Sequence record: NC_022096.1
Reading direction: 5' to 3' (one strand)
Length of the DNA stretch: 64,000 nt
The notes beneath the pieces are model-generated. The model was given only the letters and a program-made list of their open reading frames with translations. It was not told the DNA's origin and did not search any database. The position numbers were made by a program, and so were the translations under genes. Below, in pieces: positions 1 to 10,160 of the stretch. Within the stretch, counting starts at the first letter, position 1; every line of letters begins with the position of its first letter.

Positions 1-1107
1 GATGAACGGATGGGATTTGTACCCGTCGATGTGGATGTCTTCTAGCTTGAACTCGGTAATGGACGAGTACAGCTCTGCGCGATCCAGACTCAACACAGGA
101 TAGTTGTCTTCCATGATCGGCCGCTGTAGTTGCTGACGCACTTGGTTGACGTGGTTGGAGTAGATATGCGCGTCGCCGAACGTGTGGAACAGCTTGCCTG
201 ATGCCAGGCCGAATGCCTGTGCCAGCATGTGCGTCATGATAGAGTAGAAGCCGAAGTTAAAAGGCACGCCGAGGAAGAAATCCCCGCTACGCTGATAGAG
301 CTTGCAGTCCAGCGTCGGTTGCCCGTGAGCACCTTCGCGCACGCACCATTGCGAAAGCGTATGGCACGGCGGCAGCGCCATCTCATCCAGACGGCTCACG
401 TTCCACGCACTCAGAATAATGCGGCGACTGTCGCGGTTCTTCGCCAGTGCGTGTTCGATTTGCGCCAGCTGGTCGATACGGCGCTGAATGACGATTTCGT
501 CCTTGCGACCAACGACGGCGACATTGAAGCCGCGCTTTATCCAGCCGTCTGGATCAGCCGACCACTGATCTGCGGTGATGATGCGCGTGTCTTCTTGAGC
601 CCGCCATTGTGCCCCGTACACCGGACCCAGCTCGCCGTCGAGCAACTGGTGAGCATGTACGCCCTTGCTTGTCAGCCAAGCATCTTGCGCGTCCAGATCA
701 TCTGGGTTCTCCAGCGACTCACGGAACGCGCTGAACTCATCCAGAAAGCCCATGCGTTCGCACTCTCGGATACGCTCGCTCCACTCCAGCAGTCGGCCAA
801 AGATTTCGGTGCCCGGAATGACCCACTCGTTCCAGATGTTGACGCCGTTGTCGAGCAAGAACTTGACGTTGCTCTGCCCGCTCAGCATCCACACCAGTTC
901 CTTGATGTACTTGTCGTACAGTACCTTCTTGGTGCTCGGAATAGGAACCAGCAGACGACCTTGTTCGTCCGTAAGCTCAAACTCCATGTTGATTGCACCG
1001 AACACAGAAATGGTGCCGACCCCAGTACGATCTTTACGCTCCTGACCGTTCTTCAGGATATACAGCAGCGCCCGCAGGTACTGCTCCTCATTCTGCTTTT
1101 GAATCAT
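1..1107 (-). CDS. thyA: Thymidylate synthase (ThyA); 3' end cut by window edge; absent from ORF track
   Basis: Manual reverse-strand translation from ATG at 1107 (SD GAGGAGG): MIQKQNEEQYL...DRTGVGT...LGPVYGAQWR...MALPPCH...YQRSGDFFLGVPFN...GDAHIYSNH...GYKSHPFI. Confidence 0.95.
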   Translation of the reverse strand, partial: MIQKQNEEQYLRALLYILKNGQERKDRTGVGTISVFGAINMEFELTDEQGRLLVPIPSTKKVLYDKYIKELVWMLSGQSNVKFLLDNGVNIWNEWVIPGTEIFGRLLEWSERIRECERMGFLDEFSAFRESLENPDDLDAQDAWLTSKGVHAHQLLDGELGPVYGAQWRAQEDTRIITADQWSADPDGWIKRGFNVAVVGRKDEIVIQRRIDQLAQIEHALAKNRDSRRIILSAWNVSRLDEMALPPCHTLSQWCVREGAHGQPTLDCKLYQRSGDFFLGVPFNFGFYSIMTHMLAQAFGLASGKLFHTFGDAHIYSNHVNQVRQQLQRPIMEDNYPVLSLDRAELYSSITEFKLEDIHIDGYKSHPFI

Positions 1108-1636
1108 GCAATGCCTCCTCGATACCTTTCAGATTCTTCTTGATCCAATCGTTGTTGATTGGTCCCCAGTCTTTGACGTAAAGCGTGCGGTCGGCCCTGC
1201 GATCAACCGAAGCGCCCACAGACTTGGATAAGGTCATCAGCATCATTTCTACCGACTTCCTCGGCCAGCCCAGTTTGCTTACGAGCTGCAACTTGTCCAG
1301 CTTGTTGGTGTCTACCACATGCAGCAGATACATGCGCCGCAGGAATGGCGTGCTCGCTTGCGGTCCTTTCGGAACGTCAGCATTCGGAGCTTCTGCCAGA
1401 ATGGTTTCCCGTTCTCGGTCATTCATGTAGCGCCAGCGGAGAACACCCAACACCTCTTTCTTCACATGCAACGAGACGTGCTTGCCAAACGTCCACCATC
1501 CACTGCCGTCCCAGTATGCGTCCATGTACCAATCGCCATGTACGGTAGCGTCTTGTACGGCGTACCAACCGTGCTTTCGAGGAAGCCTGTCCTCAACGCT
1601 TGCCCACGGTCGAGTTTCGCCTTTCTTTGCAGCCAT
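1088..1636 (-). CDS. DUF551-like N-terminal domain fused to winged-helix (HTH_43-like) domain
   Basis: N-term WASVEDRLP..GWY...W; C-term FLRRMYLLHVVD...LGWPRKS...YVKDWGPINNDW. Confidence 0.65.
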   Translation of the reverse strand: MAAKKGETRPWASVEDRLPRKHGWYAVQDATVHGDWYMDAYWDGSGWWTFGKHVSLHVKKEVLGVLRWRYMNDRERETILAEAPNADVPKGPQASTPFLRRMYLLHVVDTNKLDKLQLVSKLGWPRKSVEMMLMTLSKSVGASVDRRADRTLYVKDWGPINNDWIKKNLKGIEEALHDSKAE

Positions 1637-1731
1637 GTTAGTGGTTCCTTATTCATTGTCCCTCAGGTGTAGTTTACACTTCGGACCCACCGGTCAATAA
1701 TTTATACCCATTAGGAATCGAGGACAAACCC
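1637..1731. promoter_or_regulatory. Divergent intergenic promoter region at the start of the late tail arm
   Basis: AT-rich gap between divergent genes; TAATTTAT at 1698-1705; GAGGA SD before 1732. Confidence 0.5.
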
Positions 1732-2061
1732 ATGCGTAACAGCCTTGAACTTGTGCTGAACCTGAAGGGACAGTGCAATATCAGACTGGGTGTGGATGCT
1801 TCTACCGGACACGGGTGCTTCCCATCGACCATACCGGCATCCGCATCCATCACGGTCTTCACCGACCAGATCGCCGAAGTGCGTGTCTCTGACAAGTACG
1901 TTCCGCACTGCTGCCCGAATCAGGGCTGCCACGCTCCAGCTGTAGTCAGGGGCGCACGCATCACTTTCACCGACCAGCTGGCCACACACCGCAGTAGCGA
2001 CGTGCTATCTTGCGGTGATCGTGCTTCCAATGGGTCCATTACGACGTATTCGGGTAACTGA
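1732..2061 (+). CDS. PAAR-like tail spike tip protein (T4 gp5.4-like)
   Basis: GVDASTGHGCFP...PHCC...CH...HRSSDVLSCGD...GSITTYSG: PAAR His/Cys pattern. Confidence 0.85.
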   Translation: MRNSLELVLNLKGQCNIRLGVDASTGHGCFPSTIPASASITVFTDQIAEVRVSDKYVPHCCPNQGCHAPAVVRGARITFTDQLATHRSSDVLSCGDRASNGSITTYSGN

Positions 2062-2062
2062 T

Positions 2063-2461
2063 ATGGCGGACATGCGCAACAGCCCGCTCTACTCCGACAT
2101 CAACCTTTACGTCGGACGCTTCTCAAACAAAGAGCTGGTCTACGACAACGAAGCGATCAACCAAAACATCTTCCTGATCATCACGACACCCATTCGTACA
2201 AAGTGGTTCCGGATTCGCTACGGGTCGAACATCCCGGCGTACCTGTTTGAACCCATGGACGATATGACCGCGATGCGGATTCGCGGTGAGATTCAAACGC
2301 TGCTGACTCGGAACGAGGAACTGCGCGTTACCATCGTCAGCACGCGGGTTGTTCCTGATTACGTCAACCAGGTGTATGCTGTGGAAATCGTGTACACCGC
2401 ACCAGACATCAGTGACCGACCCTTCACCTTCCAGTTCGGTTTGAACAAGCAAGCCGCGTAG
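2063..2461 (+). CDS. Baseplate wedge protein, gp25/GpW-like
   Basis: AINQNIFLIITTPIRTKWFRIRYGSNIPAYLFEPMD; size and position after PAAR; start reassigned to ATG 2063. Confidence 0.85.
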   Translation: MADMRNSPLYSDINLYVGRFSNKELVYDNEAINQNIFLIITTPIRTKWFRIRYGSNIPAYLFEPMDDMTAMRIRGEIQTLLTRNEELRVTIVSTRVVPDYVNQVYAVEIVYTAPDISDRPFTFQFGLNKQAA

Positions 2462-2469
2462 GATCAACC

Positions 2470-3933
2470 ATGACGCAACTTACCATCAGCAAAGTCGTCG
2501 TTGACGAACAGGACATCTATAACGAGCTGGCGCGGCGTCTCGCGGAAAAAGGCACATGGAAAGACCTACTGCCGACAAACGTAGGTTCGACCTTGATGAG
2601 CCTGGCGTCCGGTGCTGCGACTGTCAACCAGCACTATATCAACGTCAGCCTGCGCGAAGCGTTCCTCTCGACGGCGGTTCGTGATTCGTCCATCTTCCAC
2701 AATACGCGCAGCTTGGGTATCAAGATCAGCCGAAAGACTTCGGCGGGCGTTACCGTGCAGTTGCAAAACAACTTGGCGACAACCAAGTTCATCCCAGCGT
2801 ACAGTGCGTTCCTCGTGGGCAGCACCTACTTCTACAACCGCGAACAGTTGATGATTCCGCCTGGCGTGAGCATCGATGGGATCAACCTGTATCAAGGCGA
2901 AGTGCGGGAATATGAGTTCGACATCGACGCTCTTTCCGCGCAAGACCTGCAGACGTTCAAGCTCAATACTCCAGGCTTCATTGTCTCGGAGTACGATCTG
3001 GTCGTCTGGACAGAAGACAAGGTGAGCGGCAACACAACTGTCTGGGAACAAACGGATCAAGCGCTGTTTGAACTTGGTCCAACCGACCAGAAGTATTACG
3101 AGTTTACAGCGGGCGATGGCGACGTTGCATTCATGTTCGGCACTGGTGAGTACGGTGCACGTATCCCGTCGAACCACCTGTTGAAGATTCGCGCCATTAT
3201 CACCACTGGCACCAACGCAATCGGTATCAGCGGTGAGCGCGTTCGTATGGTGAGTCAGCCAGAAGTAAGTGGCTTCTCCACATCGAACGTAGCAGGCGGC
3301 AGTGACGAAAAGAGCGCCCTGTACTACAAGCTGTTCGCACCTACGATGTTCCGTTCCAATCGCAAGGCGATCAGCGCTACGGAAGTACGCGCCCACATCA
3401 TGAAGTATCCAGGCGTCGCCGATTGTCGGGTGTTCCCGCAGCGCGACATTGCACCGAATGACCCACGCTGGCAGAACGTCATGCGTGTGTGTATTCTGCC
3501 TGAGACGACTGATGACTGGGGTGGTGCAAACCCTAATCCGGTGAGTGCAGCCTGGGAACAGTTTGAACAGTGGTTGCTCGCACGTTGCCAAGCACTGGCG
3601 GAGATTCAGAAATGGAACCCGTCGAAGCTGTTCGTCAACGTGCAGGTGCTGCTCGCGGTTAATCCTGATGTGGACATCGAGGAAATGCGCATCGTCGTTA
3701 CGGAGCGTATCCTCAAGCTCTTCCAGCGCAAGCCCGGAATCCTGGGCCGTCGCCTGAGCTTGTCAGACATCGAAGGGGCGTGCCGCGTAGCTGGTGTGGA
3801 CTACATCGAAATCAAGTCCCCGACCGAAGAAATCATCCCGCCAGACCCAACGCAGTACGCGGTGCTTGACGGCTCCCCAATAGTCAACATCGTTTACTCA
3901 GAGCGCAAGGCTGGCACTGTTGGAGCCTTCTGA
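2470..3933 (+). CDS. Baseplate wedge protein, T4 gp6/baseplate J-like
   Basis: EAFLSTAVRDSSI, FGTGEYGARIP, GGSDEKS, APTMFRSNRKAIS motifs; follows gp25. Confidence 0.85.
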   Translation: MTQLTISKVVVDEQDIYNELARRLAEKGTWKDLLPTNVGSTLMSLASGAATVNQHYINVSLREAFLSTAVRDSSIFHNTRSLGIKISRKTSAGVTVQLQNNLATTKFIPAYSAFLVGSTYFYNREQLMIPPGVSIDGINLYQGEVREYEFDIDALSAQDLQTFKLNTPGFIVSEYDLVVWTEDKVSGNTTVWEQTDQALFELGPTDQKYYEFTAGDGDVAFMFGTGEYGARIPSNHLLKIRAIITTGTNAIGISGERVRMVSQPEVSGFSTSNVAGGSDEKSALYYKLFAPTMFRSNRKAISATEVRAHIMKYPGVADCRVFPQRDIAPNDPRWQNVMRVCILPETTDDWGGANPNPVSAAWEQFEQWLLARCQALAEIQKWNPSKLFVNVQVLLAVNPDVDIEEMRIVVTERILKLFQRKPGILGRRLSLSDIEGACRVAGVDYIEIKSPTEEIIPPDPTQYAVLDGSPIVNIVYSERKAGTVGAF

Positions 3934-6900
3934 TGGAAAAGCTCACATTCGATGGACTACAGCCTGAAATCTTTTTCTCGCAGCCGTGGTTCACCGACTT
4001 CACGGAAGTTTATGCGGACGTGCTGAATGATCGGATTCGCTATCCGATCTACCAGCTGGAGAACATCCGCAACGTACTGCAACTGGATGATCCTTACGTG
4101 GTCCTCCAGACGATCAAGCAGCTTGGTTTCGACTTGCCTAGCGACTTCATCCGCCATAACCTGAGCGTGTTGTCGCAGTCGATCCCGCAGCTGGCGTTGT
4201 ACGCTGAGCGCTCCGGCGCCAACGACTATGCCCGCTCCATGTCGTTCATCTTCGGGCGCAGCATCGACGCCACGCAACTGTTCACCGAAGACTACATCAA
4301 CTTCTACACGCAACCCTACGGGCCGTTGCTTGTCGATGGCGGCGAGTGGTACAAGACCACTCACATCGAACTTGGTATGCAGTATCTGGCGAGCGACTAC
4401 ACCCTGTTGCTCCCAAGAGGCAAGACGATCAAGGATCGTTTCCTTGACGCCTTCCACGAGTTTGCACCTTGGAACGTCGTGGTAGAACGCTTCTACTTCA
4501 TGGTGGACATCGAGATTCCTCTGTTCATCAGTGGTCGCATCGTCAAGCAGCCCAAGCGCTACATCGATGTTGGCGTGGGTGACTTGCACGTCGCCGACAT
4601 GAAGATCGTCGGCCCAGACGAAGTTTGGGAATCCAGCCAGCAGCGCTTTGAACTACAGGTCACCTTGCAGAACGGTACCGACGGCGGTGTTGATTACATC
4701 CCGCGTCGTCCGCTGCTGGGTACTGCACCGTGGAACGCATCGCTCTCGGACATCGCAGCATTCGAGGTGAAGTCGCTGGGCAACCAGATCATGGAGTTTA
4801 ATATTCCAGACGGTCACTTCGGTTATCTGTGCTACCCGAAAGCCATGGGTCTCGCCACTTTCACGGATACGAACCTCGGCATTCCCGGCGGCTGGGATGG
4901 TGCAAGCTGGCCAGAGGGTGACGTTGGCAGTACATTCGGCCCCATCGAAATTCAGCGTCAGGTTGGTGATACTGTCAGCACTTGGTACCTGTATCGGACA
5001 GACTTCGATAGTCTCGGCGATGTCAGCTATCAGGTTGACTTTGAAAACCCATTGGTCGATGAATCCGATGAGCAAACCACAGCCCAGTCTGACACGTTCG
5101 TTACACAGATCGTCACAGTCCCAGCCGAGTGGTTGAGCAACAAGACTGGCTTGGTGAATTGGGACGGCGGTTTGGCTTCGTTTGGTGCTGTTGGGTTGAA
5201 CACGGATGTGGTCATTTCCGCTGAATATCAAGGTCGCGCAGTGTCGAAAGCCGTGCGAGTGAAGAACAACGCAAGCAACATTCGCGCAATTCGCATTGAA
5301 GGTCCGGACGAAGTACGTGCGCAGGAATCCGCCATCTACGTGATCAAAGCCACGACCACTGGCGGCGAAGAGACCATAGACATTCCGATCACCACCAACT
5401 CTTTGCTCGGCTACATGCAAGGCAATGAGCTGACGGTGTACCAAATCGATGCCGATGGCTCGATCTTCCTGAGCGCTCTCTGCGAACTGCCTGATGGGCA
5501 GAAGCTGAAAGCCGTGAAGAAGGTTGCTGCCAAGTACGTCGATCCTGACGTATACATGACCTCGCTTGTCATCGACGGCCCAGCAGAGTTCTTCGAGAAT
5601 GAGGTGAAGCAGTATGCCTGCGTCGCCCATTACTCGGACGGCACGCAGAAAGGCGTTCTCGCAGTTTGGAACTCCGGCTGTGGTGGTGTGTACATCGCGC
5701 CCGATGGTGAGCTTCACGCAACGACTACCGAGCGCGACATCAAGCTCGTTCTGCGGGCCACGCACCAGCACAAAAAGACGGCGATGACGGCTGAGTTTCC
5801 TGTCACCTTCCGACGCCGCACTGTGTCGATTGTACACACGGAAATCCTCGGTCCGAACACCGTGATCGAGTTGACCCGAAACAAGTACGTCGTGGCTGCT
5901 CGATTCAGTGATGGCAGCAGCGGCTATGTCGATGCCGACTGGAGCTCCAATCGCTACTACGTCGATGATCGTGGTATTCTGGAAGTGGGTTCTGTAGGCA
6001 GTACGCCTGTGAACCTGCAACTGACCGCGAACGTCGATGGGCGCACAGCTATCAAGCAGGTTGTTGCAATTGACACGCCCATCGTGCTGGAGAACATTCT
6101 GGTACTCGGCCCGGATAACTTGCGCGAGGGCGACATCGGGAAATACACTGCCTACGCTCGTTACAGCAACGGGCGCGACGTGGAAATCCAACCTACGTGG
6201 TCGATTCGTGGTGCTCCGACCTGGGCGCAAGTCGATGCCAACGGTCTGTTGTCCTTCGCTTCGCCCCAAGAAGGTATCGTGGAGCTTGTTGCCACGTACC
6301 GTCTCGCGGGCCGTACATACGAACAGAGCAAGCCCATCGTGCTCATTCCGAAGTCGCGGTTGATTCAAGGCCTCATGGTGTCTGGTCCGAACACCGTGGA
6401 AGAAGGCAAGCGCATCGTGCTCACGGCCACTGCCGTGTACAACGACGGCTCGGTCGAAACGGTATCTCCTCTGTGGACTGTGCAGTCTGCTGACCCGTTG
6501 AACGATCCTGAGGCGATGGCCGACATCGTGTCGCCCGGTGTCTTGCAGGGCCGCACCGTGGAGAAAGACACCCGCGTGGTTGCTATTGCTCGCTACTTCA
6601 AGGAGATTGCTGAGTTTGAAATCACCGTGACTCCGATGATTCGCAACTCGCCGGACAAACCTGTGTCGAGTCGCATCATTGGTCCTGCGGCGTTCTACGC
6701 AGATCAGCGAGGCAGTTTCGCGCATGCCATTGTTTTCGAGGAATGTGCCGCCGAGCTGCTTGTCAGTAGCGACTGGACAATCGACGTGGACCCGAGTGTT
6801 GCAACGATTGATTCGGCTGGTTACGTCTGGTCAGTCAACGGCAAGAGCGTTACTGCGACGATCACTTCTACATACACGTGCGGCACGTACACCGTCGTGG

Positions 6901-7583
6901 ATAGTATCCTGGTGAACATCATCGGCCAGAGCGACGCACTGCGCGAGCTTGTGATCGAAGGCCCAGACACCGTGATCGGTGGACAGCTCACCTTGTATAC
7001 GGCTAGGTTGTTCCGTACTGGAGAAGTCGAGGGTGAAATCGTACAGCCGCAATTCTGGGAGATTGTTTCCCCAGACGGGCGTGCAACGATCAACGGCAGC
7101 GGTCAGGTGTACATCGTGGACTCCTCGCAGCCGTTCAGCTTCATCATCAAGGCGAAGTATCAGGAAGGTTTCGAGTCCGTTGAAGCGGTCAAAGAAATCA
7201 ACGTCATCAAAGATGCTCGCCCGATTCTCGGCATTGGTCCAATCGGTGTTCGGAACGATCCTGAAATCGCGCAGTATCTGACCACAGAGCTTCCTGGGTT
7301 GTCCAGCGGACAGCGCTTCACGCTGACTGCACCTGCTGGACAGTACATGTACTTCTGCTATCCGCAATCGCTTGGCTTGGCTACTTTCCGAGACATCGCT
7401 TCAAGTTTCGAGGGCGGTTGGGACGGAGCAAGCTGGCCTGATGATGGGACAGTAGGTGATCAGTACGGACCGATCGTCGTCCAGCGTGTCAATGAGTTAG
7501 GCGTTACTTCTACCTGGTATCTGTATCGTACCGACTTTGAAGGTATCGGCACGTTCACCTATGAAGTGACTTTCGGCAATTAA
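3933..7583 (+). CDS. Large baseplate protein (gp7/gpI-like N-terminus, multiple Ig-like repeats, duplicated GGWDGASWP domain)
   Basis: TGATG coupling to the gp6-like gene; repeated I.GP..V.E....Y.A.A.YSDG Ig-like units. Confidence 0.7.
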   Translation: MEKLTFDGLQPEIFFSQPWFTDFTEVYADVLNDRIRYPIYQLENIRNVLQLDDPYVVLQTIKQLGFDLPSDFIRHNLSVLSQSIPQLALYAERSGANDYARSMSFIFGRSIDATQLFTEDYINFYTQPYGPLLVDGGEWYKTTHIELGMQYLASDYTLLLPRGKTIKDRFLDAFHEFAPWNVVVERFYFMVDIEIPLFISGRIVKQPKRYIDVGVGDLHVADMKIVGPDEVWESSQQRFELQVTLQNGTDGGVDYIPRRPLLGTAPWNASLSDIAAFEVKSLGNQIMEFNIPDGHFGYLCYPKAMGLATFTDTNLGIPGGWDGASWPEGDVGSTFGPIEIQRQVGDTVSTWYLYRTDFDSLGDVSYQVDFENPLVDESDEQTTAQSDTFVTQIVTVPAEWLSNKTGLVNWDGGLASFGAVGLNTDVVISAEYQGRAVSKAVRVKNNASNIRAIRIEGPDEVRAQESAIYVIKATTTGGEETIDIPITTNSLLGYMQGNELTVYQIDADGSIFLSALCELPDGQKLKAVKKVAAKYVDPDVYMTSLVIDGPAEFFENEVKQYACVAHYSDGTQKGVLAVWNSGCGGVYIAPDGELHATTTERDIKLVLRATHQHKKTAMTAEFPVTFRRRTVSIVHTEILGPNTVIELTRNKYVVAARFSDGSSGYVDADWSSNRYYVDDRGILEVGSVGSTPVNLQLTANVDGRTAIKQVVAIDTPIVLENILVLGPDNLREGDIGKYTAYARYSNGRDVEIQPTWSIRGAPTWAQVDANGLLSFASPQEGIVELVATYRLAGRTYEQSKPIVLIPKSRLIQGLMVSGPNTVEEGKRIVLTATAVYNDGSVETVSPLWTVQSADPLNDPEAMADIVSPGVLQGRTVEKDTRVVAIARYFKEIAEFEITVTPMIRNSPDKPVSSRIIGPAAFYADQRGSFAHAIVFEECAAELLVSSDWTIDVDPSVATIDSAGYVWSVNGKSVTATITSTYTCGTYTVVDSILVNIIGQSDALRELVIEGPDTVIGGQLTLYTARLFRTGEVEGEIVQPQFWEIVSPDGRATINGSGQVYIVDSSQPFSFIIKAKYQEGFESVEAVKEINVIKDARPILGIGPIGVRNDPEIAQYLTTELPGLSSGQRFTLTAPAGQYMYFCYPQSLGLATFRDIASSFEGGWDGASWPDDGTVGDQYGPIVVQRVNELGVTSTWYLYRTDFEGIGTFTYEVTFGN

Positions 7584-7593
7584 GGAATCCTGT

Positions 7594-7833
7594 ATGAACG
7601 AAATCAAAATGAGCACCGGCCGTAGCGTGTTGAACCCGCTGGCCCTAGCTCAACCCGCAGCAGAACAGGCAGTTGCTGGCAACGACAAGCAAGTTGCGAT
7701 TGCCGCAGTCGATAACTCCACTGACGGCGTGTGCCCCAAGTGCCGCGCCACGATGGCAACCGCCTTCATCCCGCTGGGTCAGGTGTACTACTGCTCCACT
7801 TGCCGCGTGACCACGCCCATCCCTGAGGAGTAA
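7594..7833 (+). CDS. Small zinc-ribbon protein
   Basis: CPKC...CSTC; AAGGA SD. Confidence 0.6.
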   Translation: MNEIKMSTGRSVLNPLALAQPAAEQAVAGNDKQVAIAAVDNSTDGVCPKCRATMATAFIPLGQVYYCSTCRVTTPIPEE

Positions 7834-7838
7834 TTGCC

Positions 7839-10157
7839 ATGGTGGCGGAAGTATTGGTATTGTCCGACGTCGGCCTTCAGGCGATCAACAACGCATCCGC
7901 AGGTGGTCAGCTTGTGGATGCGGAGTCCTTTCGTATCGGCGACAGCGCGGGCAGCCCGAACAAAACGGATGCGACCGACATCCTCGGGAACATGCTGTTT
8001 GAAGGCAACATTCACCATGTCGAGGTGTTGAACAAGAACACTGCCCGTTTCGTGTTTGAAGTTCCTGGGTATCAAGTGACTCAGGACACCGAAATCAAAG
8101 AGATGGCAGTGTTCCTGAGCTCCTTCATCTGCTTGGGTCGTGTCGTTCTGAAAGCGCCAATCACCCTGCTGGCTGGAGAGACTACGCGCTTCAACTGCTT
8201 GCTGGTAACGAATCGCTGCGACCTGACCACGATCAACGTCACCTTTGGCGACTACTCGTCCATCCCGATGACGCCGTTCGTGTATCAGCTCCAGTCGCCC
8301 GGCCTGTCAAACTTCAACGCTGTCACCGTCCTCGATGGTCAGATCAACGATGACGGTTCGACTTCGCCTGTGCTCGCCATGCGTTATGGTGGCGGCAGCT
8401 TCCAGTGGGCGTTCAGTAACCACACGCGCATCTTCTTCGGGAAGCCCACTGCTGCAACCAGCACCAGCGTGACCATCGATGGTCTCGATCTGGATGAGAA
8501 CGAAGTGGTCATCGGCCACATCGTCAACGGCAACGGCCTGGGTCAAACTCGTCGCTGGCGTGTGCAGAACGGTCGTCTTGTCGAGGCAGACAATCGTCCG
8601 ATCAACGGCCTGGATTCCAACTCGACTATCGCTGTTTGGCAGCGTAGCGCTGGTGGCGGACAAGGCGGCGGCGCTTGCAGCTACCCGCCTTCGATGAATG
8701 GCGTGCCTGCTGACTGGGTTCTCGTTCGCGGTCATGGTGCTTGCCCGCAGTGGGCTCCGCCTCGCTCTGGTGCTGGTAACACAGCCACGTTGTACTCGCC
8801 GCCAAGTCGTCTGACGATGAACACGGTGAGCTATACTGGCGACGGCACCACCGCACGCTACCCGCTGGGTGCTCTTGAGCTGGAGAACGTCAACTACGTC
8901 CATCCAGTGCTCGGCGGTGTGAGTCAGCACCGTAGCTCGTTCGACATGGCGGCCAACGAAATCGAGTTCGTGGAAAAGATCCCGATGGGTCTGCCTATCG
9001 AACTGCGCACGTACAACCGCATCCCGTCGAATGGTTCGCGCCTGATCATCAAGACGGACTTCTTCGTCGGCGATGGTGTGACGCAGCGGTTCAAGATCAG
9101 CCAGCCGATTGAGAACGCCAACTACGTCAAGCCGTATCTGCGTGGTATTTTCCAGTTCATCACCACGTACACCTACGATGCTGCAACGCAAGAAGTGGTG
9201 TTCATCGGTCCTGTGCCTGCTGGCGTGGACGTGGAGCTGCGTTCATTCCGCTCCGAAGACTTCGAGGGGTCGAGTACCCAGATCAGCACCTACACGTACA
9301 CCACGCGTGAGGACACACTGTTCCTGGAGTTGCCTATCTCTCCGCAGTCGGTTGAGTACGTCGAAATCAGCCAGAGTGGTGCGCACATTCACGCGAACCA
9401 GTACAGCCTGGTGGACAACAAGATCATCTTTGCAGGCACCATTCGCAAAGACCTGGCGCTTGAAGTCACGGTGTACGACAACAAGATCAGCCAGGGCAGC
9501 GCCAACACCAACCTCAAAGGCGTGGTCGTCGATGCTGTGCTCTCCGGCCGTAGCTTGAAGTTGCTGCGCCACGGTGACAAGCCCATCAGCTTGCCGATTC
9601 CAGCAATCTCGCTGGAAGCTGGTCCAGGTATGCGTATCAGCGGACAACATCCGTTCTATCGGATCGAGTCCACAATCGCAAACCAGATGACAGACGCCAA
9701 CGCCAACTTCAAGCACTCCGACATCCGGACGCAGAAGGACTCTTCGGAGATTCAGTTCACTCATCGGGTGAATCTGAGCACCGACGTCATGGTATCTGTC
9801 CACGCCGACTTCTCTGCGCAGCTCGGCCCTGGCTTCGTGTCCGTCGAGGGCTTGGAGATTATGGAGTACGTGGTTGGTTTCCGTACTTCCAAGTCGCGTG
9901 AACCTGAGTACGGCCGGCAGATTGCAGGCACGGGTACTGCTGGTTTCAGCTCCTTGGCGGGAGACAAGAACGAGCGCGCCTACTCCAACGCTTCGTTGAC
10001 CCAGGTGTATGACGTGATCGTTGCCAACCACGCTGCCGGTTACATCGACATCGTGGTGAAGATGCGAGTGAAGAACGCAAACGTGAGCCAGTATGGCTCG
10101 CTGCTGTCGTTGACCGTAAACATTGTCGGTACTCCGAAAATCGCAGCCAGCGAGTAA
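7839..10157 (+). CDS. Tail fibre-base/baseplate-associated structural protein
   Basis: N-terminal LSDVGLQAI...FRIGD collar-type region; repeated GDG.T.RF.I units; operon context. Confidence 0.6.
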   Translation: MVAEVLVLSDVGLQAINNASAGGQLVDAESFRIGDSAGSPNKTDATDILGNMLFEGNIHHVEVLNKNTARFVFEVPGYQVTQDTEIKEMAVFLSSFICLGRVVLKAPITLLAGETTRFNCLLVTNRCDLTTINVTFGDYSSIPMTPFVYQLQSPGLSNFNAVTVLDGQINDDGSTSPVLAMRYGGGSFQWAFSNHTRIFFGKPTAATSTSVTIDGLDLDENEVVIGHIVNGNGLGQTRRWRVQNGRLVEADNRPINGLDSNSTIAVWQRSAGGGQGGGACSYPPSMNGVPADWVLVRGHGACPQWAPPRSGAGNTATLYSPPSRLTMNTVSYTGDGTTARYPLGALELENVNYVHPVLGGVSQHRSSFDMAANEIEFVEKIPMGLPIELRTYNRIPSNGSRLIIKTDFFVGDGVTQRFKISQPIENANYVKPYLRGIFQFITTYTYDAATQEVVFIGPVPAGVDVELRSFRSEDFEGSSTQISTYTYTTREDTLFLELPISPQSVEYVEISQSGAHIHANQYSLVDNKIIFAGTIRKDLALEVTVYDNKISQGSANTNLKGVVVDAVLSGRSLKLLRHGDKPISLPIPAISLEAGPGMRISGQHPFYRIESTIANQMTDANANFKHSDIRTQKDSSEIQFTHRVNLSTDVMVSVHADFSAQLGPGFVSVEGLEIMEYVVGFRTSKSREPEYGRQIAGTGTAGFSSLAGDKNERAYSNASLTQVYDVIVANHAAGYIDIVVKMRVKNANVSQYGSLLSLTVNIVGTPKIAASE

Positions 10158-10160
10158 GTC

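Noticed and set aside
229-1143. 304 aa plus-strand ORF in the track
   Set aside because: Antisense shadow of thyA, which the track missed because its stop lies outside the window.
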